DNA of 64,000 nucleotides. Origin: an uncultured Candidatus Binatia bacterium. GTDB lineage: Bacteria > Desulfobacterota > Binatia > UBA9968 > JAJDTQ01. Below, one piece after another: positions 21,530-31,160 of the stretch. The notes under the pieces are model-generated. The model searched no databases, had not been told where the DNA came from, and worked only from the letters and a program-made list of their open reading frames with translations. The stretch covers positions 1,760,001-1,824,000 of the forward strand of contig OZ244070.1 in NCBI GenBank assembly GCA_965215605.1. The letters run 5' to 3'. The stretch's first letter is position 1, and the number at the start of each line of letters is the position of its first letter. A program made the position numbers and the translations under genes.

Positions 21530-21972
21530 CCGCCCGTGGCGGGGGACTCGGTGAACCGCTGGCCGGTCTGGCTGCCGATCCAGATCTCGCCCCCTTCGTA
21601 GATCTCCTTCTTCCAGATGGGGACGCGCTTCTTGAGCTCGTCGATGGCGTAGCGGCAGGCCTTAAAGGCGTCGTCCCGATGCGGTGCCGACACGGCGATG
21701 GCCACGCTGGCCTCGCCGATGGGCACGTTGCCGGTGCGGTGGACGATGGCCATCCGGGTGATCCGCCACGCCGCCGCGGCTTCTTCCCCCAGACGGGCCA
21801 TTTCCTGCTCCGCCATGCCTGGATAGGCCTCGTAATCCAGCGAGACGATCGAGCGGCCTTCGTTGTTGTCCCGCGTGGTGCCAATGAACGCCGCTACCGC
21901 GCCGGCGCCGCGGTCGCCGGCGAAGGCCAGCAGCTCGCTCACATCGATGGGCTTGTCCGTAAGACGGTACAC
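21526..21972 (-). CDS. moaE: Molybdopterin synthase catalytic subunit
   Basis: GAVAAFIGTTR, YEAY..MA, HRTG, VPIWKKE. Confidence 0.95.
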   Translation of the reverse strand: MYRLTDKPIDVSELLAFAGDRGAGAVAAFIGTTRDNNEGRSIVSLDYEAYPGMAEQEMARLGEEAAAAWRITRMAIVHRTGNVPIGEASVAIAVSAPHRDDAFKACRYAIDELKKRVPIWKKEIYEGGEIWIGSQTGQRFTESPATGG

Positions 21973-21973
21973 G

Positions 21974-22219
21974 TCATCCTCCGCTCACCGGCGGTATGAA
22001 GGCCACCTCGTCGCCGTCCGCCAGGCGGTGTTCCAACCCGACGTATTCACTGTTGACCGCGTACAGCAGCTTCATCTCGACGCCGGCGAGTCCGGCGTGC
22101 TCACGCCGGAGCTTGTCCCAAAGTTCCCGGACTGTGGTCCCGTCCGGCACATCCCGCAGCCCGTCTCCCGTCCCCGCACGTTCCCGGAGCATGGCGAAAA
22201 GCTTGAATCTTACCTTCAT
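21974..22219 (-). CDS. moaD: Molybdopterin synthase sulfur carrier subunit
   Basis: C-terminal DGDEVAFIPPVSGG. Confidence 0.95.
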   Translation of the reverse strand: MKVRFKLFAMLRERAGTGDGLRDVPDGTTVRELWDKLRREHAGLAGVEMKLLYAVNSEYVGLEHRLADGDEVAFIPPVSGG

Positions 22220-22722
22220 AGTCCGCGCGCCTGTGCCACCATGTGGCCCAACTGCGGCAGCAACAGGGAGGTCATGGCCAGCTTCACCGCTCCGCTCGAG
22301 CCAGGCAGAGAAACCACCACGCGGGATCCGGCCGTGCCGGCCAAGGCGCGGCTCAGCATCGCCGCGGAGCCGATTTCCTGGTAGCTGAGGAAGCGGAACA
22401 GCTCGCCGAAACCGTCGATGCGCTTGTCCAGAACGCTGCTTACGACCTCATAGGTACCGTCCCGGGGGGCAATGCCGGTGCCGCCGTTTAGAATCACCAC
22501 ATCCACCCCCGCGACGGCCAGGGCCTCGGCGATGAGCTTCCGGATATCGCCGGGCTCATCCTTGACGATCTCGTAGCCCGCGACCGCGTGCCCCTGCTCT
22601 TCCAGCAACGCCTTGATGGCGCCGCCGCTGCGGTCCGTGGTCTCATCGCGGGTGTCGCTGACCGTGATCACGAAACACACGACGGCCTTGAGGCTTCTCT
22701 CGGTGTGCGATTTCTCTGCCAT
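22216..22722 (-). CDS. moaB: Molybdenum cofactor biosynthesis protein MoaB/MogA
   Basis: ITVSD..D.SG, GGTG..PRD.T, GFGELFR, LPGS. Confidence 0.92.
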   Translation of the reverse strand: MAEKSHTERSLKAVVCFVITVSDTRDETTDRSGGAIKALLEEQGHAVAGYEIVKDEPGDIRKLIAEALAVAGVDVVILNGGTGIAPRDGTYEVVSSVLDKRIDGFGELFRFLSYQEIGSAAMLSRALAGTAGSRVVVSLPGSSGAVKLAMTSLLLPQLGHMVAQARGL

Positions 22723-22782
22723 GAAGAACCTGGCCGGCGTGGGTTCTGTGGTTGGTTCGTGCCGTCCCTACGGCGCAAGCTC

Positions 22783-23889
22783 CTAGATCCTCATGGGCAT
22801 GACCACGTAGACCAGGGTGTCGTCATCTTTTCGCTTCAACAGCGTCGGGCTCTGTTCGTCCTTCAGAGCCAGGGCCACCTGGTCCTCGTTGTCCAGCACC
22901 CCCAGGATATCGAGCAGATACTGTGCGTTGTAGCCCACGGCGAGGTGCCCGCCATTGTAGTCGACGTCCAGTTCCTCCGCCGCTTCGCCCAAATCCGGAT
23001 TGTTGGCGGAGATGGCCATGTTTCCGCTATTGAACTCGACTCGCACGCCCCGGAACCGGTCGCTCGACAGCAACGACACACGCCGTAAAGCCCTGAAAAG
23101 ACTGTGTTGTGCTACACTGACCTCACTGTTGTTGTCGCTCGGGATCACCTTGTCGTAGTCGGGGAACTCACCGTCGATGAGCCGGATGGACACCTCCACG
23201 TCCCCCTTCCACACGAACACCATGTTGTCCGCGAAGCCGATGGACACCTGCTCCTCGCCGCTATCCTCCAAGAGCCTTCGAAGCTCGGCAAGGCCCTTGC
23301 GCGGTATGATCACGCCCCGGTCCACTCCCAGCGGCCCGATCTCCCGCTCCACCAGCGACAGCCGGTGTCCATCGGTGGTGACCATCCGCACTTTCCCCTG
23401 ATCCAATTCATGAAGCAGCGCGCCGTTCAGGTTGGATCGGGTCTCGTCGGTCGAAATGGAGAAGATGGTCTTGTCGATCATCTCCTTGAGCACGCCGCCG
23501 GGACACTCTTTCCTGGTTTCCTCCGAGCCCTTCGCAAAGGCCGGAAACTCCTGGGCATCCAACCCCACCATCTTGAACACGGACTTGCCGCTCCGTATCT
23601 CCACCCGGTCGTTGTCCAGGCGCTTCAACTCCACCATTTCCTCCGACAGTTCCCGGACGATCTCGTAGAGCTTTCTGGCGTCCACCGTCACGCGACCGGC
23701 GGTGACGATCTCTCCGTTGAGGCTGGCACGCATGCCGACCTCAAGATCGGTGGCGGTCAACCGGACCCGGTTTGCATGAGTCTCAACCAACACATTGGCG
23801 AGTATCGGCATGGTATTACGCCGCTCCACCGTGCTTTGAGTCCAATACAAAGCGTTCAGAAAGTCTTCACGCCTAGCTCTTATCTCCAT
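22783..23889 (-). CDS. dnaN: DNA polymerase III beta clamp
   Basis: PILANV, ATDLE, TTDGHRL, LIDGEFPDY, C-terminal VMPMR. Confidence 0.97.
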   Translation of the reverse strand: MEIRARREDFLNALYWTQSTVERRNTMPILANVLVETHANRVRLTATDLEVGMRASLNGEIVTAGRVTVDARKLYEIVRELSEEMVELKRLDNDRVEIRSGKSVFKMVGLDAQEFPAFAKGSEETRKECPGGVLKEMIDKTIFSISTDETRSNLNGALLHELDQGKVRMVTTDGHRLSLVEREIGPLGVDRGVIIPRKGLAELRRLLEDSGEEQVSIGFADNMVFVWKGDVEVSIRLIDGEFPDYDKVIPSDNNSEVSVAQHSLFRALRRVSLLSSDRFRGVRVEFNSGNMAISANNPDLGEAAEELDVDYNGGHLAVGYNAQYLLDILGVLDNEDQVALALKDEQSPTLLKRKDDDTLVYVVMPMRI

Positions 23890-23899
23890 TTGTCCTCCT

Positions 23900-24125
23900 G
23901 GATCACGCGTCCTTACTGTATCTTATTTGGATTTATAGAACCAAGAGTAGTAGTAGGGCCTGTGGATATCGGGATATATGACCGAACCCGCGGGTATTGA
24001 ACCATCTTTTCGGTGGGAAAAAAAACGCGGTAATACGCGCTTTCCACATCACCGCGGTTGGGAGGCGGCAGGGCCTCCGGTTTCTCAACAGGGTCCACCG
24101 GCCTGTCCACAGCGTTTCCACGAGA
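23900..24125 (-). other. oriC unwinding region (DnaA boxes, GC clamp, DnaA-trios, AT-rich tract)
   Basis: Minus strand ATATCCACA-GGCC-CTACTACTACT followed by an AT-rich tract toward dnaN; further box-like 9-mers near 24040, 24082 and 24103. Confidence 0.85.
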
Positions 24126-24163
24126 GGCCGGCCTCGGAGGGCCGTTGCGGTCGCTACCAGCCA

Positions 24164-25477
24164 CTAGTTCTTGATCTGGCGTACCAGTTGGTCCACCGTG
24201 GCCTTGATAATGGGGTCGTCCTCGGCCTTTCTGGCGATGGTCTTTGATGCGTGAATGACCGTGGAGTGGTCTCTTCCGCCGAACTCGGCGCCGATGGCGG
24301 GATAAGAGGTGGCGGTGAACTTGCGGCACAGATACATGGCCATCTGACGGGCCAGGGCCAGGTTCTTGGTGCGCCGTTTGGACTTGAGGTCACTGATTTT
24401 GAGGTCGAAATGGTCGCAAATGGCCTTCTGGATGTTTCGGACGGTGACCTGCTTCTCGTTGTCCTTCAGGGTGTGGCGCAACACCTCCTTGGCCAGGTCG
24501 GTGGTGATGTCCACGTTGGTCAGCGAGGCGAAGGCCCCGAGGCGGGTAAGCGAGCCCTCCAACTCCCGAACATTGGACCAGATGTTGGTTGCTAGGAAGT
24601 TGGCCACCTCCTGCGGCAGGCCGATTCCCTCGTTCTCGGCTTTCTTGATGAGTATGGCGATACGGGTCTCGATATCCGGAGGCTGGATGTCGGCGGTAAG
24701 GCCCCACTCGAAGCGGTTTCGCAGCCGATCCTCCAGATTGGGTATTTCCTTGGGGAAACGGTCCGAGGTGATGATGATCTGCTTGTGGTTCTCGTACAGC
24801 GAGTTGAAGGTGTGAAAGAACTCTTCCTGGGTCCGTTCCTTGCCGGCGATGAACTGGATGTCGTCGAGGATAAGGACGTCGATGTTGCGGAAATGGTTCT
24901 TGAACTCGTTCATCCGGTCACGGCGAAGGGAGCCGATGAGCTGGTTCATGAACGATTCGAATGTGATGTAGACAACCTTCTGACCGGGATTGCGGCGCAG
25001 CAGCCGGTGCCCGACGGCGTTGACGAGATGGGTCTTTCCGAGGCCGACGCCGCCGTAGATGAACAGCGGATTGTAGTTGTCCGCGGGCTTGTTGGCGACC
25101 GCGAGGCAGGCCGCGTGGGCGAACTGGTTGCTGGCGCCGACGACGAAGCTCTCGAAGGTGTAGCGCGGGATCAGCGTCGACGTCTCGGGTTCCGGCGCCT
25201 TTCGCGCCGGCGCCGGCCTTTCGGTCTCGACCGGGCGCTCCGTGGTGACGGAGAGCGCGATGCTCATGGGCTTGCCGTAGAGGTGTGAGAACTCCGAGGC
25301 GATGGCCTCTACGTAGTTGTCCTTGAGCCAGTCACGAAAGAGCGTGCTGGGCACTTCGACGGCGACTTCATCGTCGGTGATCCCGGCGAGCCGTAGCGGT
25401 TTGATCCAGGAATCGAAATTGTGTAAGCCGAGCCGTTCCTTGAGGCTTTCCCTTATCTCGCGCGGGAGCGGTTTCAT
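24164..25477 (-). CDS. dnaA: Chromosomal replication initiator DnaA
   Basis: YNPLFIYGGVGLGKTHL, DDIQF, QEEFFHTFN, GGRDHSTV. Confidence 0.98.
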   Translation of the reverse strand: MKPLPREIRESLKERLGLHNFDSWIKPLRLAGITDDEVAVEVPSTLFRDWLKDNYVEAIASEFSHLYGKPMSIALSVTTERPVETERPAPARKAPEPETSTLIPRYTFESFVVGASNQFAHAACLAVANKPADNYNPLFIYGGVGLGKTHLVNAVGHRLLRRNPGQKVVYITFESFMNQLIGSLRRDRMNEFKNHFRNIDVLILDDIQFIAGKERTQEEFFHTFNSLYENHKQIIITSDRFPKEIPNLEDRLRNRFEWGLTADIQPPDIETRIAILIKKAENEGIGLPQEVANFLATNIWSNVRELEGSLTRLGAFASLTNVDITTDLAKEVLRHTLKDNEKQVTVRNIQKAICDHFDLKISDLKSKRRTKNLALARQMAMYLCRKFTATSYPAIGAEFGGRDHSTVIHASKTIARKAEDDPIIKATVDQLVRQIKN

Positions 25478-25516
25478 TCTACCTCTGCCTTGTCCGAGTG
25501 CGTGCGGGCGCGTAAG

Positions 25517-25548
25517 TTATCAACAAAATTGTCAACAGATGTGGACAA
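25517..25548. promoter_or_regulatory. DnaA-box cluster upstream of dnaA
   Basis: TTATCAACA (25517), TTGTCAACA (25529), TGTGGACAA (25540). Confidence 0.7.
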
Positions 25549-25771
25549 ACGTTCTCTGGCCGAGGCCAGACTGATCCTGTCCTTTGCCGCCGCGAATCGG
25601 AATGGTGACGACAAGCTTGAGCGCATGTTGCGACTGAACCTTGATCAAAGAAAGGGGTGGTCTTAATGGTTTTTCGAGCACAATGCAAGAAGAAAAGTTC
25701 CCCGAAAAAATTCCGCAATGAAATCCGACAAATTCATGTCGGCGCCTTGACGCGATGTGAAGGATTCGCCG

Positions 25772-27070
25772 ATGGGTAGGGCTTTTCAGACGTCATCCGG
25801 GCTGTTCCATCGCTCGAAAAAGGTGGTGCCCGGAGGGGTCAACAGCCCGGTGCGGGCGTGGAACGCCGTCGGCGGCGAGCCTCTGTACATCGCCCGCGCC
25901 GACGGGTCGCGGGTCTTCGACGAGGACGGTCGCCGGTACATCGACTATGTCTGTGCGTGGGGTCCGCTGATTCTGGGCCACGCCCCAAGGGAGGTGCTGG
26001 ATGCCCTCGCCGACGCGGTGCCGCGGGGGACCGGATTCGGAGCGCCGACCAAGGGTGAACTGGAGCTGGCGGAGCTCGTCACCGCCCGGATGAAGGGCAT
26101 CGAGCAGTTGCGGCTGGTAAACTCGGGCACGGAGGCCACCATGAGCGCCATCCGGCTCTCCCGGGGGTACACGGGCCGGACGAAGGTGCTGAAGTTCGAC
26201 GGATGCTATCATGGGCACGTGGACGCCCTGCTGGCCAAGGCCGGCTCCGGGGTGGAAAGCTTTTCCCTTCCGGACAGTGCCGGGGTACCCGGGAGCTTCA
26301 CCGGCGAGACCCTGATAGGGGACTTCAACGACGTGGACTCCGCCCGCGGTCTCATCGCCGAGAACCGCGAGGAGCTGGCGGCCGTGATCGTGGAGCCGGT
26401 GTGCGGCAACATGGGCGTGATCCCGCCGGAGCCCGGGTTCCTGGAGGCGCTGCGGGAGTCGACCCGGCGTTACGGCGTCGTGCTGATCTTTGACGAGGTC
26501 ATTACGGGTTTCCGCGTGGCCCGGGGGGGCGCCCAGGAGCGCTACGACGTCACTCCGGACCTCACATGCCTGGGCAAGATCCTGGGCGGCGGCTTGCCGG
26601 TGGGGGCTTTCGGCGGCGGCCGCGATATCATGAGTTGCCTAGCGCCGGTAGGCCCCGTCTACCAGGCCGGCACCCTCTCCGGAAACCCGGTCACGGTGGC
26701 GGCCGGCCTGGCCACCCTGAAGTCGTTGGAGGAGCCGGGCGTGTACCGCGAACTGGAGGAGAAGGGGAGGAAGCTCGAGGAAGGGCTGAAGGGGGTGCTT
26801 TCCTCCGGTATCGAAGGCACGGTCAACCGCGTGGGGTCGATGTTGACGCTGTTCTTCGGTGCCGAGCGGGTGGCGGCGCCGGACCACGCACGGGGCTGCG
26901 ACCGCGACCGCTTTTCCCGGTTCTTTCACGGCATGCTCGCGCGCGGCATCTACCTCCCGCCCTCGCCCTTCGAGTCGTTTTTCGTATCGCTGGCCCACGG
27001 CGACGACGACATCGCGGCGACGCTGGCGGCGTTCTCGGACTGGGCGGCCGAGGACTCGTCGCGGCGTTGA
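25772..27070 (+). CDS. hemL: Glutamate-1-semialdehyde 2,1-aminomutase
   Basis: PGGVNSPVR, NSGTEATMSA, FDEVITGFR, GKILGGG, YQAGTLSGNP. Confidence 0.97.
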   Translation: MGRAFQTSSGLFHRSKKVVPGGVNSPVRAWNAVGGEPLYIARADGSRVFDEDGRRYIDYVCAWGPLILGHAPREVLDALADAVPRGTGFGAPTKGELELAELVTARMKGIEQLRLVNSGTEATMSAIRLSRGYTGRTKVLKFDGCYHGHVDALLAKAGSGVESFSLPDSAGVPGSFTGETLIGDFNDVDSARGLIAENREELAAVIVEPVCGNMGVIPPEPGFLEALRESTRRYGVVLIFDEVITGFRVARGGAQERYDVTPDLTCLGKILGGGLPVGAFGGGRDIMSCLAPVGPVYQAGTLSGNPVTVAAGLATLKSLEEPGVYRELEEKGRKLEEGLKGVLSSGIEGTVNRVGSMLTLFFGAERVAAPDHARGCDRDRFSRFFHGMLARGIYLPPSPFESFFVSLAHGDDDIAATLAAFSDWAAEDSSRR

Positions 27071-27105
27071 CCGGCCGCGGCCCGCGTGTTAGAAAATCCC
27101 TTCCA

Positions 27106-27357
27106 GTGAGCAACGAACCCGAGGGTGGAGACGGATCGTCCCCGAAGAGCCCCTTTCTCTTTCGTGCGGCAAAGTACACGGCGGTCGGCTTTGAGTTCCC
27201 CACAACGGTCGGAGCCGGCCTGGTCCTGGGTTACTACGCGGACCAGTACTTGGGCACCTCGCCGTGGATGGTGCTGGTGATGGGGCTTCTGGGGTTGGCG
27301 GCGGCCTTTTACCGGTTGGTGCTGCTGTTGCGTCACTTCTCGGCGGAGCGGAAATGA
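27106..27357 (+). CDS. AtpZ/AtpI family protein
   Basis: GTG start; G..LG..AD..LGTSPW two-TM pattern upstream of atpB. Confidence 0.8.
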   Translation: MSNEPEGGDGSSPKSPFLFRAAKYTAVGFEFPTTVGAGLVLGYYADQYLGTSPWMVLVMGLLGLAAAFYRLVLLLRHFSAERK

Positions 27358-27728
27358 GTTGGGAAGCTCAGGGCCTGCCGGTGTTTCGGGTGGAGCTCTG
27401 GCACGGGCTCCTGGTGCTGGCGTGCATGGCGCTGGTGCCGCTGGAGTGGGTGGAGCCGGGCGGGCTGCTGCTGGGCGGCCTGTTCATGGGCGTCAACTTC
27501 CTGCTCCTGGCGGTGGGTATCCGCTGGGTCATTACCCCGTTCGCGAGCAAGGGAAGGGTCCGGGCAGGGATCGCGTTGCTGATCCTGAAGTTCTGCTTCC
27601 TCCTCGGCGCCTCCTGGGTCCTGTTGACCCGCATCGCTCCGGACGCGGTGTCGTTCGCCTTGGGGGTTAACTGCCTGATCCTGGCGATCTTGTGGGATCG
27701 GCTCTACGATACGAAGTTGAGCAAGTAA
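27354..27728 (+). CDS. atpI: ATP synthase protein I
   Basis: Four TM helices; G...NF..L; position in atp operon. Confidence 0.75.
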   Translation: MSWEAQGLPVFRVELWHGLLVLACMALVPLEWVEPGGLLLGGLFMGVNFLLLAVGIRWVITPFASKGRVRAGIALLILKFCFLLGASWVLLTRIAPDAVSFALGVNCLILAILWDRLYDTKLSK

Positions 27729-27729
27729 G

Positions 27730-28431
27730 ATGGGACATCATCCATTTACCTGGTACGACCTGTTGCCCGCCGCGTTGCAGGGCGTGTTGCCCCTGCAGAT
27801 CTTCTTCTCGGTGGTGAGCATGGTGCTGCTGGTCTTTCTCGCGCTGGGCGTGCGGCGCCGGCTGCTGGACACCCACAACGCGGTGATCCCCAGCGACCGC
27901 ATCACGCTGGTTAACGTCTTCGAGTTGCTGATCGAGTTCGTGATGAGCCTCAGCGACAGCATCATCGGCCACAAGGGCCGGCAATACCTTTCCCTCTACG
28001 GCACCTTTTTCATCTTCATCCTGCTCTCCAATTTCATCGGCTTGGTGCCGGGGTTCTCGCCGCCTACGAGCAATCTCAACGTCACCCTGGGCCTGGGGCT
28101 GATCTCCTTCGGCGCCTATCACTACTTCGGCGTCCGGGAGCACGGCGGCGGCTACCTCAAGCAGTTCATGGGCCCGTTCCTGGTGATCGCGCCGCTGTTC
28201 TTCCTGATCGAGATGTTCTCCCACATGTTCCGGCCGCTCACGTTGGGCCTCCGGCTGGCTTTCAACATGTTCGCCGATCACTTGGTCGTGGAGATCTTCA
28301 CCGGCCTCACCTACGTGGTGATTCCGGTGCTGTTCTACCTGTTGGGGGCCTTGGTCTCGGTTATCCAGGCCTTCGTTTTCACCCTCTTGAGCATGATCTA
28401 TGCATCCCTGGCGTTGAGCCACGATCATTGA
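27730..28431 (+). CDS. atpB: ATP synthase Fo subunit a
   Basis: N..GLVPG, RPLTLGLRLAFNM, IQAFVF. Confidence 0.96.
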   Translation: MGHHPFTWYDLLPAALQGVLPLQIFFSVVSMVLLVFLALGVRRRLLDTHNAVIPSDRITLVNVFELLIEFVMSLSDSIIGHKGRQYLSLYGTFFIFILLSNFIGLVPGFSPPTSNLNVTLGLGLISFGAYHYFGVREHGGGYLKQFMGPFLVIAPLFFLIEMFSHMFRPLTLGLRLAFNMFADHLVVEIFTGLTYVVIPVLFYLLGALVSVIQAFVFTLLSMIYASLALSHDH

Positions 28432-28508
28432 GCGCTACGGCGGCATGCGGGGAGGATGATGAGGAGAGGTTGGCCGATTTGTCCGTAGCGCCGGAAAGGA
28501 GAAAAAAG

Positions 28509-28832
28509 ATGAAGCAACTGACAACCTTCGTACTGGCGGGACTCTTCCTGCTGATCCTGTCGGGTGTTGCCGCCGCGGCGGACGCCGCCGGCAGTTCGCC
28601 CAACATGGTTACGGGTATCATCGCGTTGGGCGCTGGGCTGGGCATCGCCATTGCGGCTTTCGGCTGCGCGCTCGCGCAGGGCCGGGTCGGCGGCGCCGCC
28701 ATGGAAAGCATCGGCCGCAACCCCAACTCCGCCGACAAGATCTTCACTCCGTTGATCCTGTCCCTGGCCCTCATCGAAGCGCTGGGCATCTACGCCCTGA
28801 TTATCGCTTTCATCCTCGCGGGCAAGGTTTAA
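28509..28832 (+). CDS. atpE: ATP synthase Fo subunit c with N-terminal leader
   Basis: GAGLGIAIA, GRNP loop, LIEALGIY. Confidence 0.95.
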   Translation: MKQLTTFVLAGLFLLILSGVAAAADAAGSSPNMVTGIIALGAGLGIAIAAFGCALAQGRVGGAAMESIGRNPNSADKIFTPLILSLALIEALGIYALIIAFILAGKV

Positions 28833-28872
28833 GGCAAGTCCGCGCCGCTGGCTGAGCGGCGCGAAAAACTCG

Positions 28873-28911
28873 AAAAGGCAGGGGCTGCCGGCGGCGGTCC
28901 CTGCCTTTTTT
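28873..28911 (+). terminator. Rho-independent terminator (likely bidirectional)
   Basis: aaaaggcaggg..ccctgcctttttt. Confidence 0.8.
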
Positions 28912-28926
28912 CACGCCGGGGCACCC

Positions 28927-29391
28927 TCAGGGCATGCCCACCGCGTGCAGCCGGACGCCCGTGTGCTCGAGGATATCCGCGACGGTGTCGAGCTTGTAGG
29001 GCTTCTCGTAGAAGATGTCTCCGATGCCGGTGTTCACCAGCACCTTGAGACAGTGGATGCACGGGGTGTGGGTGATGTAGATGGAGGCGTCCTTGATGCT
29101 GGCGCCGTTCTTGGCGGCCTGGGCGATGGCGTTGATCTCCGCGTGAATGGTGCGAAAGCAGTTCTGCTCGATCTCCCCGTCCGGGTTCTTGGACTCGTAC
29201 ACCAGACAGCCCGCCTCCGTGCAATGGGGCATGCCCGCGGGTGAGCCGTTGTAGCCCGTGGCGAGGATGCTCCGGTCCCTGACGATCACGGCGCCGACCT
29301 TGGCGCGGGTGCAAGTGGACCGTTCCGCCACCTGCCGCGTGATGGTCATGAAGTACTGGTCCCAGCTCAACCGCTCGTCTTCAGTGCTCAT
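28927..29391 (-). CDS. dCMP deaminase (ComEB family)
   Basis: WDQYFM, RSTC, TGYNG, HAEINAI, PCIHC. Confidence 0.92.
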   Translation of the reverse strand: MSTEDERLSWDQYFMTITRQVAERSTCTRAKVGAVIVRDRSILATGYNGSPAGMPHCTEAGCLVYESKNPDGEIEQNCFRTIHAEINAIAQAAKNGASIKDASIYITHTPCIHCLKVLVNTGIGDIFYEKPYKLDTVADILEHTGVRLHAVGMP

Positions 29392-29560
29392 AAGGTTTTC
29401 AGGTTCGTGCTGTCTAATACCAGCGCCTGTTTTAAAAAGGACACTATACCATGAAGCCTCTTCGTGCCGCAGCACTCGTCAAGCAGATCCCGCTGTTCGA
29501 AGCCATGGAGCCCGGTCCGGATGGACGGCGCAATATCGCGGGAATTTGCGGCACAGGCCA

Positions 29561-30364
29561 CTAGCGGGTATTCCCGTCCAGCAGCACCGGCGCGCCCACA
29601 CCGGCGCCGAGTCCGGCCTCCGCGCTGCCGTCGCACCGGGAAATCTCCAGCAGACCCCAGCTATTGACGAGGGCGAGGTAGTTGCCGGTCCCCGCCGAGG
29701 CGTAGTTGGCGGACAGCCTGCGGATCACGCGGTCGCCGACCCGGACCGAGACGCCTCCCGGTTCGAACCCCTGCAGGTCCTCGCGGCGGATGTTGGTGGT
29801 CAGGTTGCCGAAGCCGTCGACGTAGATCACCTCGCCCCTGATACGGTTGCCGCCCTGCTCTTCGGGGACCGGAATGTTCAATTCCTCGAAGGCCTCCACC
29901 GGCTCGCCGAGCTCTTCCGGCGGAACGCCCCTGGAGACGTGCGCGGCCGCGGGGGCGAAGATGTCCCGGCCGTGGAACGTGTTGCTGGGGGGCCGCAGGT
30001 GAAACTCGGGATTGGAGAGGTGGATGACGCGGGTCAACCGTTGCCGGCCGACCGCAAGGCTCAGCAGCCCGTTGTCCGGGCCCACGTAACAGGCGCGGTC
30101 GGTTTCGAGGAGAACCGGCCGCCGGTTGCCGCCGACCCCCGGATCCACCACCGCCACGTGGATCGTTCCCTCCGGAAAGAAGTCCACCGCCGCGGCCAGC
30201 GCCAGCGCGCCGCCGGTGACGTCCTGGGGCGCCACGCCGTGGGTCAGATCGATGATCGCGGCCGCCGGGTTGATGGCGGACACGACGCCCTTCATAATGC
30301 CGACGAAAGGGTCCCGGTAACCGAAGTCGGTGGTCAGGGTGACGATGCGAGCGGCAGGCGCCAT
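29561..30364 (-). CDS. SAM hydroxide adenosyltransferase / SAM-halogenase family (DUF62)
   Basis: TLTTDFG, VVDPGVG, GPDNG, TFHGRDIFAP, VDGFGN. Confidence 0.9.
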   Translation of the reverse strand: MAPAARIVTLTTDFGYRDPFVGIMKGVVSAINPAAAIIDLTHGVAPQDVTGGALALAAAVDFFPEGTIHVAVVDPGVGGNRRPVLLETDRACYVGPDNGLLSLAVGRQRLTRVIHLSNPEFHLRPPSNTFHGRDIFAPAAAHVSRGVPPEELGEPVEAFEELNIPVPEEQGGNRIRGEVIYVDGFGNLTTNIRREDLQGFEPGGVSVRVGDRVIRRLSANYASAGTGNYLALVNSWGLLEISRCDGSAEAGLGAGVGAPVLLDGNTR

Positions 30365-30417
30365 AGGAGACAGGACCCTAACGGAATACACTCAGCGGGT
30401 AAAGACGGAGGACCCTC

Positions 30418-31104
30418 ATGATCGAGCTCTACACCAGCGCCACCCCCAACGGGCAGAAAATCCACATCATGCTGGAGGAGACCGGGCTCGCGTACCGGCT
30501 TCACTGGGTCGATCTCCGGAAGGGGGAGCAGTTCGACCCGGAGTTTCTCAAGATCAGCCCCAACAACAAGATCCCGGTCATCCTCGACCGCGACGGCCCC
30601 GGCGGTGAGCCCATGCCGGTGTTCGAATCCGGCGCCATCCTGATCTACTTGGCGGAGAAGACCGGGAAGTTCCTGCCCGCGGAAAGCCGCGCCCGCACCC
30701 GGGTGCTCGAATGGCTGATGTTCCAGGTGGGCGGGGTGGGCCCGATGCTCGGTCAGGCCCACCACTTCCGTGCCTGCGCGCGGGAGAAGATCCCCTACGC
30801 CATCGAGCGCTACACCAACGAGGGGGCGCGCATCTACCGGGTGCTGGACAAGCGACTTTCCGACAACGAGTACCTGGCCGGTGACTATTCCATCGCCGAC
30901 ATGGCGGTGTTCCCCTGGATCCGGCTGCACGAACGGCAGGGCCAGGACATGGCCGACCATCCCCATCTGACCCGTTGGTTCGACGCCATCGCCGCCCGCC
31001 GCGCCGTGGCCAAGGACATGGAAAAGACTCGCGACGTGGTGGGTACCATCAACGACGAGATGTGGGACAACCTCTGGGGAAAGAGGCAGTTCGGACGCCG
31101 GTAG
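30418..31104 (+). CDS. Glutathione S-transferase, YfcG/YghU-like
   Basis: TPNG motif, SPNNKIP, FESGAIL. Confidence 0.92.
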   Translation: MIELYTSATPNGQKIHIMLEETGLAYRLHWVDLRKGEQFDPEFLKISPNNKIPVILDRDGPGGEPMPVFESGAILIYLAEKTGKFLPAESRARTRVLEWLMFQVGGVGPMLGQAHHFRACAREKIPYAIERYTNEGARIYRVLDKRLSDNEYLAGDYSIADMAVFPWIRLHERQGQDMADHPHLTRWFDAIAARRAVAKDMEKTRDVVGTINDEMWDNLWGKRQFGRR

Positions 31105-31160
31105 ACGCGGAGCGCAGATCCGGGGCCGTCAGGCCGGTCACGAGCCGGAGCGTCAGCCGG

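Noticed and set aside
24155-24167. YTAG element end at the dnaA stop (also at the msrA stop, 62217-62229)
   Set aside because: Two or more mismatches in a short motif; could be chance
29561-30364. Fluorinase/chlorinase call
   Set aside because: Motifs (DFG, R, FHGRD) fit the common DUF62 SAM hydrolase; no biosynthetic context
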